IMG/VR virus record: IMGVR_UViG_3300037067_006927
Location: 26,121 to 90,120 of that record
DNA: 64,000 bases
Source: a virus
Lineage: Duplodnaviria > Caudoviricetes
Direction: 5' to 3' (one strand)
Part shown: one piece after another, positions 1-8,258 of the stretch
How the letters are laid out: each line of letters opens with the position of its first letter
Position numbering within the stretch: position 1 is the first letter of the stretch
Program-made: the position numbers and the translations under genes
The notes under the pieces: generated by a model
What the model was told of the DNA's origin: nothing
The model's database searches: none
The model's input: only the letters and a program-made list of their open reading frames with translations

Positions 1-31
1 CGGTGGATGGATCGCGCTGAGGAGGAACTCC

Positions 32-247
32 ATGTCTGACGCCATCTGGCCCACCGTCTACCTCGTGATCGACGGCGCTGGTGTTCCGGTGTGCTCCGTG
101 GCTGACGACGGAGGAACCACCGCGCTGGCGTTCCTGCACGAGTCCGAGGCCGAGGACTGCTGCCGGGGCGAGAACACGCGCGCCGTCGACGCAGGCCGCG
201 AGCCGCTGTGCCGGGTGGCGCTGTTCAGGGAGGTGACCGATGGCTGA
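32..247 (+). CDS. hypothetical phage protein
   Basis: 71-aa ORF with GAGGAGG RBS; overlaps the next gene. Confidence 0.65.
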   Translation: MSDAIWPTVYLVIDGAGVPVCSVADDGGTTALAFLHESEAEDCCRGENTRAVDAGREPLCRVALFREVTDG

Positions 248-530
248 CTGCTACACCTGCGACCGCTACGCCGAGGAGATAGGCACCAACACCGCCGACG
301 AGGCGATCGAGGAGTGCCTAGAGAGTATGGACCCGCCGTTCCCGCGCACGCTGACGGCGATGGCATACGACGCCGACCGTGAGTCTGGAGATCCGGAGGA
401 CGGGCACCCGCTCTACAGATCCAGGGACGACGACGTGACTGTGAACGTCGCCGCGTGGATTCGCGAACACCGTCCGTCGTGGCTGACTTGTCCGCACATG
501 CTGAACGAAGTGCGGAGATTGGAGGAGTGA
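240..530 (+). CDS. hypothetical phage protein
   Basis: 96-aa ORF with N-terminal CxxC; TGATG coupling to the next gene. Confidence 0.65.
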   Translation: MADCYTCDRYAEEIGTNTADEAIEECLESMDPPFPRTLTAMAYDADRESGDPEDGHPLYRSRDDDVTVNVAAWIREHRPSWLTCPHMLNEVRRLEE

Positions 531-1015
531 TGCTGAGCATGGTCTATCAACAGCAGCGTTTCTTCGACGACGTGACCGCGAAGCGACAGGGTCGCCCGAC
601 TCCGGCGGTAGAGTGCGGCGCAACCACCTGCCAGCGGTCCGGCGCCTGCTGCCACCAATCGCCGCCGCAACTCACCCCGGACGACGTTCGACGACTAGCG
701 GCACACTTCAACCTGACACCGCCGGATTTCGTTGCCAGTTACTGCGTCCTCGCCGAGCCAGACTACGCGCCCGAGAACGACGGAGCCATGTTGGCGCGCT
801 ACACGCAGAAGACCGGCGTGATCCTGCTGGATGAAGGCTCGTGGATCGCTGAGCCGTGCATCTTGTTCGACCGCGATGCGTGGGGTTGCTCGGTGCACGA
901 CGTCAAGCCGATGGGGTGCGCCCGGTGGGGATGCTGGACGCGGACCGGTGCGGTCAAGATCCCGAAGTGGACGGCGGAGGAGCGGCGGGAACTGCTGGGA
1001 GGGATGGCGTGGTGA
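530..1015 (+). CDS. YkgJ-family Zn/Fe-chelating cysteine-cluster protein
   Basis: CxxxCxxxxxCC, then PCILF..GCSVHDVKPMGC, matching the YkgJ CxxCxxCC / C.FL..C.IY..RP..C pattern; ATG at 530 overlaps the upstream TGA. Confidence 0.75.
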   Translation: MLSMVYQQQRFFDDVTAKRQGRPTPAVECGATTCQRSGACCHQSPPQLTPDDVRRLAAHFNLTPPDFVASYCVLAEPDYAPENDGAMLARYTQKTGVILLDEGSWIAEPCILFDRDAWGCSVHDVKPMGCARWGCWTRTGAVKIPKWTAEERRELLGGMAW

Positions 1016-1383
1016 TGCCAGACTCGCCGCTCTGGGACTGGGCCGACGTCGCAGCAGTCGGCGTGATCGCTCGCGAGGCGCCGGACTGCGGGATCGCGTG
1101 GGCTTCCGTCACCAACGGACCGAGGCGGAGAATCATCGCGACGGCGCTCAGGAGAGCGTATCTCGACGGCCAGCTCGACCAGATACGAATCACGCGCGAG
1201 GCGGAGGACGAGCCGGGACTCGGGCCGCAGGAGTTCGTGACGCACGAGTCCATGGACCCGGTCGCTGGTCCTCCACTGCTCTCCGGTGGGCCACTGGACG
1301 CCACCATTCACACCAAACGGATCGTGTCCGTCGGCACTGGCGATCCGTGGACCGTAACGATTGACGAGGACGATTGTGCCTGA
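1015..1383 (+). CDS. hypothetical phage protein
   Basis: ATG at 1015 coupled to the upstream TGA; coding-like composition. Confidence 0.55.
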   Translation: MPDSPLWDWADVAAVGVIAREAPDCGIAWASVTNGPRRRIIATALRRAYLDGQLDQIRITREAEDEPGLGPQEFVTHESMDPVAGPPLLSGGPLDATIHTKRIVSVGTGDPWTVTIDEDDCA

Positions 1384-1801
1384 CCGCCCCACCTCCATCC
1401 TTGTCGTCACCGGGTCCCGCGACTGGGACGGGAACCCGGATTCGATCACTGGCGTACTGCGTGACTTCGCGGCGCGGTTCAATGGCTACCGTCCAGAACT
1501 CTGGCACGGCGCCTGCCAAGGAGAGCACAGCGTCGACATGCTAGCGGCCGACCGCGCCAAGCATCTCGGTTGGAAGGTGGTGCCGTTCCCCGCCGACTGG
1601 CGTGGACTCGGGAAGCGAGCTGGGCCGGTACGCAATCGGAAGATGATCGAGAAGGCACTGGACGATCTCGCTGAGTACAGCGCAGCCGAACTTCACGCCT
1701 GGCCGATGCCGAACTCACGCGGGACGTGGGACTGCGTCAACGTCGCGCGGAAGTGCGGGATCGTGGTCGTCGTGCATGAGAGGAATCGAAGCAATGGCTA
1801 A
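1376..1801 (+). CDS. SLOG-family (YspA/DUF2493-like) protein
   Basis: ILVVTGSRDW, LWHGAC..VDMLA, FPADW..LGKRAGPVRNRKM, SRGTWDCV..ARK are typical SLOG/YspA motifs; GTG start after GAGGA. Confidence 0.85.
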   Translation: MPDRPTSILVVTGSRDWDGNPDSITGVLRDFAARFNGYRPELWHGACQGEHSVDMLAADRAKHLGWKVVPFPADWRGLGKRAGPVRNRKMIEKALDDLAEYSAAELHAWPMPNSRGTWDCVNVARKCGIVVVVHERNRSNG

Positions 1802-2000
1802 ACGAGATGGCGTGACTCTGTACTCGGACAGCGCGATCACGGTCACGTACTACCCGAAGAACGGCAACGTGTGCGTCTGCGACAACGAGGCTCCGGCCAT
1901 GTCGGACTCGTGCACGTTCTTCGACGCGCGGCCGTTCCTCGAGATGGTGTGCTCGGTTGCCAAGCGGCTGCCGAAGGAGATGGGCGATGGCAAAGCGTGA
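1794..2000 (+). CDS. hypothetical phage protein
   Basis: short ORF overlapping both neighbours, RBS-like GAGGAA upstream. Confidence 0.5.
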   Translation: MAKRDGVTLYSDSAITVTYYPKNGNVCVCDNEAPAMSDSCTFFDARPFLEMVCSVAKRLPKEMGDGKA

Positions 2001-2286
2001 ACGATTCCCCTCTGTCGGTGACCGGATCAACTGCGATCCTAACCGCGACGATGGTGATGTCCAACACCGGTGGACGAATCCGAACCGCGAGTCCGCTCTG
2101 GTCATGGCGCGCTTCACCGACGACACTGCCGGAGAGTGCTTCGTCTACCGAGTAGCCCGCCCCGGATACTATCCACGGTTCTTCGTGATGACAGCGTTCT
2201 CGTGGGACCACTCACCGCAATGGGCGATCGGACCCCTACCCAGGGGTCCACGAGGGACAGATCAGAAGGAGAGCCACGGTGGGTGA
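1987..2286 (+). CDS. hypothetical phage protein
   Basis: fills the gap in an overlapped operon. Confidence 0.5.
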   Translation: MAKRERFPSVGDRINCDPNRDDGDVQHRWTNPNRESALVMARFTDDTAGECFVYRVARPGYYPRFFVMTAFSWDHSPQWAIGPLPRGPRGTDQKESHGG

Positions 2287-2641
2287 CATCAGAGAGATCG
2301 AACTATATGAAAGCCATCGGGCGCTGTCGTCACTGGCGACTATCGGCGAGTCCCCCACCGACACCGCCCGCCGCATCCGCCTGGAGCTCGCCGCCCTCCG
2401 GTCTGCTCTACGCGAGGCGCACGAGCAGCGGGACCTGGCGGCGGTTGCGGCGTCCAAGGCACGAGACGGGGAGGAGGACGCTCGCCGGGAACTCGCCGCG
2501 CTCGAGTGGCTAACTCTCAACGGCTACCCGTGCGGACGCGGTCCAGACGGCCGCGTGTCTGCGTCGTTCCGCGAGGAGGACGCCGAGCCAGACTGGTGCG
2601 CGAACTGGACTGAGGCGGCGAGGAAGTTGGGGAAGGCGTGA
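2279..2641 (+). CDS. hypothetical coiled-coil phage protein
   Basis: helical heptad-like stretch; GTGA overlap downstream. Confidence 0.6.
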   Translation: MGDIREIELYESHRALSSLATIGESPTDTARRIRLELAALRSALREAHEQRDLAAVAASKARDGEEDARRELAALEWLTLNGYPCGRGPDGRVSASFREEDAEPDWCANWTEAARKLGKA

Positions 2642-2850
2642 CATCTCTCACGCCAGACCAATCCGCCGCACTGCTTGAGGCTGTGCGCATGTCCGAAATG
2701 GTCGCACGCCGTTACGCCGACTACGAATCCGCCGATCACCTGCGGCAGGTTGGCGACCGGATTGAATCCGGAGACGTCCACAAGCCGCGGATGGGTGTCG
2801 CGATCATGGTGATGATGGACGGGGCTCAGTGCATGGGATGGGCGTGGTGA
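2638..2850 (+). CDS. hypothetical phage protein
   Basis: GTGA overlaps at both ends. Confidence 0.55.
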   Translation: MTSLTPDQSAALLEAVRMSEMVARRYADYESADHLRQVGDRIESGDVHKPRMGVAIMVMMDGAQCMGWAW

Positions 2851-3173
2851 CTGCTCCTACCGCCATCCAGCTCTCCGTCCTCGTCGCCGTCGAGGCCTCA
2901 GTCCGTACCCGCGGAGCTCCGCCGACAACGCGCGAACTCGCCGCCTTCTTCGGGTGGCGCTCGAGCCGGGCCGCTGGTGACCACCTGGACTATCTCCGCC
3001 GCAAGGGCCTCCTGGAGTCCGAACCGATGCGGGCGCGGGCTCTGCGGGTCACGGAAGCGGGATTGCGAGCGCTTGGTGAGTGGCGGGAGTTCGTGGGGGA
3101 GTGGAGGTGCGATCGGTGCGGGGCGGCGTACTTTGGGGATGGGTGTCCGGGGTGCAGGAAGGCGGAACGGTGA
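2847..3173 (+). CDS. LexA-type winged-HTH DNA-binding protein with C-terminal Zn ribbon (no peptidase domain)
   Basis: GAPPTTRELAAFFGWRSSRAAGDHLDYLRRKGLL...RALRV matches the LexA N-terminal domain; C-terminal CDRC..CPGC. Confidence 0.8.
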   Translation: MTAPTAIQLSVLVAVEASVRTRGAPPTTRELAAFFGWRSSRAAGDHLDYLRRKGLLESEPMRARALRVTEAGLRALGEWREFVGEWRCDRCGAAYFGDGCPGCRKAER

Positions 3174-3934
3174 CACCGTACTACGACGACCAGCGCAACG
3201 GAATCACGATCTACTGCGGGGATTGCAGGGAGGTCGTTCCGACTATTCGTGCCGACGCGCTGGTGACGGATCCACCATATGGCGTTGGACTTGGAACCGG
3301 CAAAACCATCGAGCCGAGGCGCGCAACCAGTAGTGGACATGGGCTATACCGAGGATCCTACCTGTCATTCGTTGACACCTACGAGAACTTCGTTGCGGAG
3401 GTAGTCCCGCGCCTAAACCTGGCGCTTGACTCGACGAAGCGCGCGGCCGTGTGGACCGGACCCCACATCCACGAGCAACGAAAGCCATCGGTTATCGGCG
3501 GAGTGTACTGCCCGGCTGGACAGGGCAGGCACTCGTGTGGATTCAAGACCTTCCTTCCGGTGCTGTACTACGGGGTGTGCCCGCACGTATCTACCGGGTG
3601 CCGGACTCCTAACACGATCCAGTCATCTCTGCTCCCGGACCCATCGGCGAAGGATCACCCGTGCCCGAAGCCGACACGCTGGATGTCGTGGTTAATATCC
3701 CTTACGTGCATCAGTGAGGACGTCGTCCTCGACCCATTCATGGGCTCCGGGACGACTCTGGTAGCCGCCAAGGAACTCGGACGGCGTGCGATCGGAATCG
3801 AGATCGAGGAGCGGTACTGTGAGATCGCGGCGAAGCGGCTGAGCCAGGAGACGCTATTCGGAGCCAGCGCACCGGCAGAAGCTCCGAAGCAACTCCGCCA
3901 GGTGTCTCTATTCGGAGAGGATACGAAGCCATGA
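3170..3934 (+). CDS. DNA methyltransferase, N6-adenine/N4-cytosine beta class
   Basis: GDCRE..TDPPYG (motif IV) precedes HPCPKP..VLDPFMGSGTT (motif I) and GIEIEERYCEIA. Confidence 0.92.
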   Translation: MTPYYDDQRNGITIYCGDCREVVPTIRADALVTDPPYGVGLGTGKTIEPRRATSSGHGLYRGSYLSFVDTYENFVAEVVPRLNLALDSTKRAAVWTGPHIHEQRKPSVIGGVYCPAGQGRHSCGFKTFLPVLYYGVCPHVSTGCRTPNTIQSSLLPDPSAKDHPCPKPTRWMSWLISLTCISEDVVLDPFMGSGTTLVAAKELGRRAIGIEIEERYCEIAAKRLSQETLFGASAPAEAPKQLRQVSLFGEDTKP

Positions 3935-4107
3935 ATCGATCGCAACCCGCAACCATTCCGATCGAGTTAGGCGAGACGGGTGAGGAGTCGCGAGTGGAGT
4001 CGCAACGAGTTGGCGATCAATGCAACGAATCGCGGTCAGGCACACCAAAGATTGAAGTTGCCCAACTGGCACGCTGTGTGCTAGGGTGCAGGACCACCAC
4101 CAAAAGG

Positions 4108-4145
4108 TGGAGCCCGGCAGCGCGCTAACGCTGGCTCGGGCTCCA
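4108..4145. terminator. GC-rich hairpin, oriented as a minus-strand intrinsic terminator (A-tract at 4102-4105)
   Basis: TGGAGCCCG 4108-4116 pairs with CGGGCTCCA 4137-4145; inner CAGCG/CGCTG; directly upstream of the AGGAGGAG RBS. Confidence 0.45.
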
Positions 4146-4166
4146 GCATCAGGAGGAGTTAGCTCC

Positions 4167-5627
4167 ATGACGCAAGAAGAATCTAGGCACGAATCATCGT
4201 CACCCGCAAGCTTGAACGGATTTGCAGGGCATTCACCCGCGGGAAACGCTCCAAATCCAGCTTGGACGGCGGGACACATCCGGGTCGACCCAGAGTTCGT
4301 GGCGCTCATCCCACCGTTGTCCACGGACGAGCGATCCCAGTTGGAATCCAACGTCCGCGAGCACGGGTGCACAGACTCTCTCGTCGTGTGGCGCGAGGAG
4401 GGTCTGCTGCTCGACGGGCACAACCGACTCGGGATTTGCAGGACTCACGACATACCATTCGCGGTTCGCGAGGTGTCTCTCCCGGACCGCGCAGCTGCTC
4501 GCCGATGGATCATCACCTACCAGCTCGGCCGCCGAAACCTGACCGCCGAAGGCATGTCGGTGCTGCGGGGGATGCTCTACTTGGAGCAGAAGAAGCCGGA
4601 GGGAAGGCCCGAGAAACTGGGCCACAATGGCCCAGTTTCAGATGGCGACACCGCTTCGTCAATTGCTGAGCAAACCGGAGTTAGCCCGCGCACGGTGAAG
4701 CGCGACGCCGCCTTCGCCGCTGCCCTCGCCGACGTCGCCGAAGCCATCGGAGACGACGTCCGAGAGAAGGTTCTCTCGCGCGACGCTCGAATCAGCCGGA
4801 AGGACGTGGTGGCGCTCTCCGCTCTTCCGGACGAGGAGAAGCTGGCGGCCGGACGCTTGCTGGTGAACGGATCATGCCGTCGCCTATCGGACGCTCTGCG
4901 AGATGTTCGCCAGGCGGAAGCTGTCGAGTCGGCTACCGGGTCCCCGTCAATCGGAGCTCACTTCGCCATGGTGAATGGCGATTTGGTGGATGTTGGAGAC
5001 GGACTGGACGCGGAGTCATTCGACGCGATCATCACTGACCCGCCGTATCCAAAGGAATACATCGACTGCTACGCGAAGCTCGCTGCGGCTGCGACCAGAC
5101 TCCTGCGACCCGGTGGATCTCTAGTCGCGATGGCCGGGCAGTCTTACCTTCCTGACGTGATTGCGGCCATGTGCTCGGCCGGGCTCTCGTACCACTGGAT
5201 GCTCGCCTACCTTACTCCCGGTGGCCAGGCCGTGCAGATATGGCCCAGGAAGGTTAACACGTTCTGGAAGCCGCTACTGTGGTTCGTCAAGGGGAAGTAC
5301 GACGGCCCGTGGTGCGGTGACGTATCCAAGAGCGACACGAACGACAACGATAAGCGATTCCACAACTGGGGGCAGTCGGAAAGCGGAATGGTGGACATCG
5401 TCCGCCGATTGTCACGTCCAGGAGATAGGGTACTCGACCCGTTCGCTGGAGCGGCCACAACCGGGATCGCGTGCCTTCGGCTCGGACGAGAGTTCACCGG
5501 GATCGAGTTGGATGAGAAGAAGTGCGCTCTTGCTTGCGACAGGTTGCGAGCAGAGAGCTTTGGGTCGTCTCTTGCCGCTGAGCTATCGGGTCAATCGGCT
5601 CTGTTCTCCCAGGGAGAGCAGTCATGA
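4167..5627 (+). CDS. ParB-like N-terminal domain fused to a beta-class DNA methyltransferase
   Basis: N-terminal LIPPLS..E..QLE..V...G....LVVW...LLDGHNR..IC and QLGRRNL (ParB-like), HTH-like IAEQTGVSPRTVKRD; C-terminal TDPPYP and VLDPFAGAATTG; RBS AGGAGGAG at 4151. Confidence 0.88.
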   Translation: MTQEESRHESSSPASLNGFAGHSPAGNAPNPAWTAGHIRVDPEFVALIPPLSTDERSQLESNVREHGCTDSLVVWREEGLLLDGHNRLGICRTHDIPFAVREVSLPDRAAARRWIITYQLGRRNLTAEGMSVLRGMLYLEQKKPEGRPEKLGHNGPVSDGDTASSIAEQTGVSPRTVKRDAAFAAALADVAEAIGDDVREKVLSRDARISRKDVVALSALPDEEKLAAGRLLVNGSCRRLSDALRDVRQAEAVESATGSPSIGAHFAMVNGDLVDVGDGLDAESFDAIITDPPYPKEYIDCYAKLAAAATRLLRPGGSLVAMAGQSYLPDVIAAMCSAGLSYHWMLAYLTPGGQAVQIWPRKVNTFWKPLLWFVKGKYDGPWCGDVSKSDTNDNDKRFHNWGQSESGMVDIVRRLSRPGDRVLDPFAGAATTGIACLRLGREFTGIELDEKKCALACDRLRAESFGSSLAAELSGQSALFSQGEQS

Positions 5628-6481
5628 GCGAGCGATATCCGGTACTCCCGATGCCCGTTATCTTCCCGGCCTGCTACGAGATCCTAGAGGCTGAGATCAG
5701 GGCGTATCACTACGTCGACCTGACCTCGGCAGCGCTCGAAGTGCTGGGCGTTGACCGTCGTGAGGTGTACTGGGAGAAGCAGATTGAGGACGTCCGCGAG
5801 AAGATGGCGGACAAGCGCGGTGTTCGCCACAAGTGGCAGACGGTACGATACACCGGCGGTCCGGAGTGCCTGGTTGTACTGTCGTCCTGGCTGCCTCCAG
5901 ACCAGCACTGCCCGCTGCTGTTCAAGAATACAGACCCTCCTGTGGTAGTGCGGGCTGACGCGAGGAACGCGATAGAGGCGACGTTCCAAGCTCTCATGCG
6001 AGCTCCGAGCATGGTGAAGAAGACCGTAGCCTCCGACAAAGACGTGGCGCACGGAAGGGCCAGAGGCTTCCAGATTGAAGCCGCTGTAACCGGGTGGTTC
6101 AAGCACAACTGGCCGGAACTGTACAGAGATCCAGACAACTACAACCGGTTCGACCTGTGGTGCAAGCACGACTTCAAGCTCGCCGTCGGCGGAAGGACGC
6201 TGCTGGTGGACGTCACTGGTCCCAACTGCGATGGGCAGTATCACGGACCACCAGCTGGCAAGCAACCGGTCGACCTGCATGTAGCCGGAAACGTCAAGGG
6301 CGACCACTTCGTCATCGACGGCGTGATGACCGGAAAGGAGTACGCGAGCGGAGGCCGCCACGTGATTCCAATATCGTCGATGACGTCGATTCGGCGTCTC
6401 GCGTTCTGGCTGAACTGCAAGAAGTACGGGCACGACCACGCTGAGATCCTGCGCGCTATTGCCACTAAGGAGGCAGCGTGA
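5624..6481 (+). CDS. hypothetical protein, possible PD-(D/E)xK nuclease fold
   Basis: ATGA-coupled to the MTase; G.QIE..V..WF ... HDFKL ... LLVDVTG resembles the E...PD...(D/E)xK spacing. Confidence 0.45.
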   Translation: MSERYPVLPMPVIFPACYEILEAEIRAYHYVDLTSAALEVLGVDRREVYWEKQIEDVREKMADKRGVRHKWQTVRYTGGPECLVVLSSWLPPDQHCPLLFKNTDPPVVVRADARNAIEATFQALMRAPSMVKKTVASDKDVAHGRARGFQIEAAVTGWFKHNWPELYRDPDNYNRFDLWCKHDFKLAVGGRTLLVDVTGPNCDGQYHGPPAGKQPVDLHVAGNVKGDHFVIDGVMTGKEYASGGRHVIPISSMTSIRRLAFWLNCKKYGHDHAEILRAIATKEAA

Positions 6482-7242
6482 GCCGCCGCATCCGTTCCGT
6501 GAAGCCAGAGTGGCTCGAGGATGAAAGGCTTGCCCTTGTGTCATCTGACGCGCGCGTGATGTCGATCGCACTGATGCTCCTCGCCGACGACGAGGGACGC
6601 GGACGAGCGGGTCCCATCATGCTGGCCGGTCAGGTGTTCCCTGGCCTCGCGAATCCTCGCGAGGTTTCGGCGAAGGCTCTCGAGGAGCTCCGAGCCATAG
6701 ATTTCGTGGACCTCTACGAGGCCGACGGGCAGCACTACTTCGAGATCCGCAACTGGTTAAAGCACCAGAAGATCGACCACCCTACACCGAGCAAACTACC
6801 GGCAAATCCGCGTTCTTCTGGAGTTCTCGCGAATCCTCGCGAATCCTCGCGAGAGGTCGAGAATGTTCGCGCCTCGCGCGCGTCCACTCCTATCCCTTCC
6901 TCTCCTGATCCTGTTCCTTCTCAGGAGGGGGACATGGGGGAGGAGCCACATCCGACACGGTTGGACCTAGCCGGCCGACCGTTGCCCCGGAAGCCGCTGT
7001 TCCCGGAGATGGTCCAGCGCGAAGCCTACCAGCCGAGCCAGGTGATGCTGGACTACGGCCGAGGGCTCGGGCTTGCAGACACGGACCTGGACGGAGTGCT
7101 GCGCGACCTGCGGGACAAGCACGGGCTGAGGCCACACACGCTGGATTGGTGGGACGAGCGCTGGCTTCGATTCGCTGATCACGCGAAGACCGGCAACTCA
7201 TCGCGGTCAGTCAAGCCATTCGTTTACGAGGACGAGGCATGA
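6478..7242 (+). CDS. phage replication initiator (replisome-organiser-like N-terminal wHTH)
   Basis: RRIRSVKPEW.EDE...S..AR...AL.LLADDEG...VFP and EIRNW.KHQKIDHPTPSKLP are typical of phage initiators; upstream of primase and helicase. Confidence 0.8.
   Translation: MSRRIRSVKPEWLEDERLALVSSDARVMSIALMLLADDEGRGRAGPIMLAGQVFPGLANPREVSAKALEELRAIDFVDLYEADGQHYFEIRNWLKHQKIDHPTPSKLPANPRSSGVLANPRESSREVENVRASRASTPIPSSPDPVPSQEGDMGEEPHPTRLDLAGRPLPRKPLFPEMVQREAYQPSQVMLDYGRGLGLADTDLDGVLRDLRDKHGLRPHTLDWWDERWLRFADHAKTGNSSRSVKPFVYEDEA
6826..6853 (+). repeat. tandem CTCGCGAATC decamers (iteron-like) inside the initiator gene
   Basis: CTCGCGAATC at 6826 and 6836, then CTCGCGAG at 6846; a further CTCGCGAATCCTCGCGAG at 6646-6663. 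Confidence 0.6.
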
Positions 7243-8258
7243 GTCGCGAGCGAGTAGATCTCGTGCACGCCGCACTGCTGGCCCGCGGATGGGGCGGGAT
7301 CGCACCGTCGCTCGGACTCCGGTACGTCTCGCCGCGCCACCGGCAGCCGTGCCCGATGCATGGCGGCAAGGGCGATTCGCTGACCCTGGACGCGAGCGCC
7401 GACCGGCTCACGTGGATCTGCGCCACCCACTGCGGAGCCGGCGACGTCATCGGGATGATCCAGTCGATCCGCGGGTGCTCGTTCCCGGACGCACTACGTG
7501 AGGCGGCGGACCTGGCCGGCGTGGATCTCGACGATGACGATTCGGACGAGGCGCAGGCCGAACGCGAGCGGGCTCGAGCCGCATACCTGGCCGTTCACGC
7601 CGCATCAAATCCGGAGCCTCCGGATTCACCGGGATATGTGCCGGTCGCCGAGGTCGAGGCCATTTGGGCGGACGCTGCGCCGGTGACCGATGACCGCGAG
7701 GTGTCGGCCTACCTCGAGAGCAGGGCGATGCCGGCGTCTACGGTAGCCTCCCACGGGCTTCTGCGGGCGCTGCGACCGGGACAGCCGCTGCCACGGTGGG
7801 CGCGCTACAGGGGCGACGCTGACCGCGCACGGACCTGGCTCGAGACGGGGCACCGGATCCTGATTCGGACGTGGGACCATCTCGGGCAGCTACGCGGGGT
7901 CCGTGCGTGGCGCGTCGGTGGAGACGAGGAGACGCCGAAGCGACTGCCGCCGGCCGGGTACTCGTCCGCCGGGCTCGTGTGGGCGAACGAGATCGCGCTT
8001 GAGATGCTGCGCACTCCGTATCCGTGCACGGTCGTGGTCAGCGAGGGGGAGCCGGACATGGTCGTCAACGCACTCAGGCGCCGGTGCCCGGTGATTGGGA
8101 TCACGAGTGGATCGTGGACGCAAGCACTGGCGGACCGGATTGCGTTTGGGAGTGAGGTCGTGATCCGGACGGACCGAGATGTGGCCGGAGACAAGTACGC
8201 GGCGGCGATCCGAAAGACGTTGGGTGACCGGGCAACGATGTGGAGGGTAGCGGCATGA
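7239..8258 (+). CDS. DNA primase (Zn finger + TOPRIM)
   Basis: CPMH..WICATHCGAGDVI zinc-binding domain; VVVSEGEPD and IRTDRDVAG TOPRIM motifs. Confidence 0.85.
   Translation: MSRERVDLVHAALLARGWGGIAPSLGLRYVSPRHRQPCPMHGGKGDSLTLDASADRLTWICATHCGAGDVIGMIQSIRGCSFPDALREAADLAGVDLDDDDSDEAQAERERARAAYLAVHAASNPEPPDSPGYVPVAEVEAIWADAAPVTDDREVSAYLESRAMPASTVASHGLLRALRPGQPLPRWARYRGDADRARTWLETGHRILIRTWDHLGQLRGVRAWRVGGDEETPKRLPPAGYSSAGLVWANEIALEMLRTPYPCTVVVSEGEPDMVVNALRRRCPVIGITSGSWTQALADRIAFGSEVVIRTDRDVAGDKYAAAIRKTLGDRATMWRVAA

Noticed and set aside
3931-4128. 65-aa ORF between the two MTases
   Set aside because: Atypical codon use, no motifs, and it overlaps the regulatory hairpin; may be non-coding.
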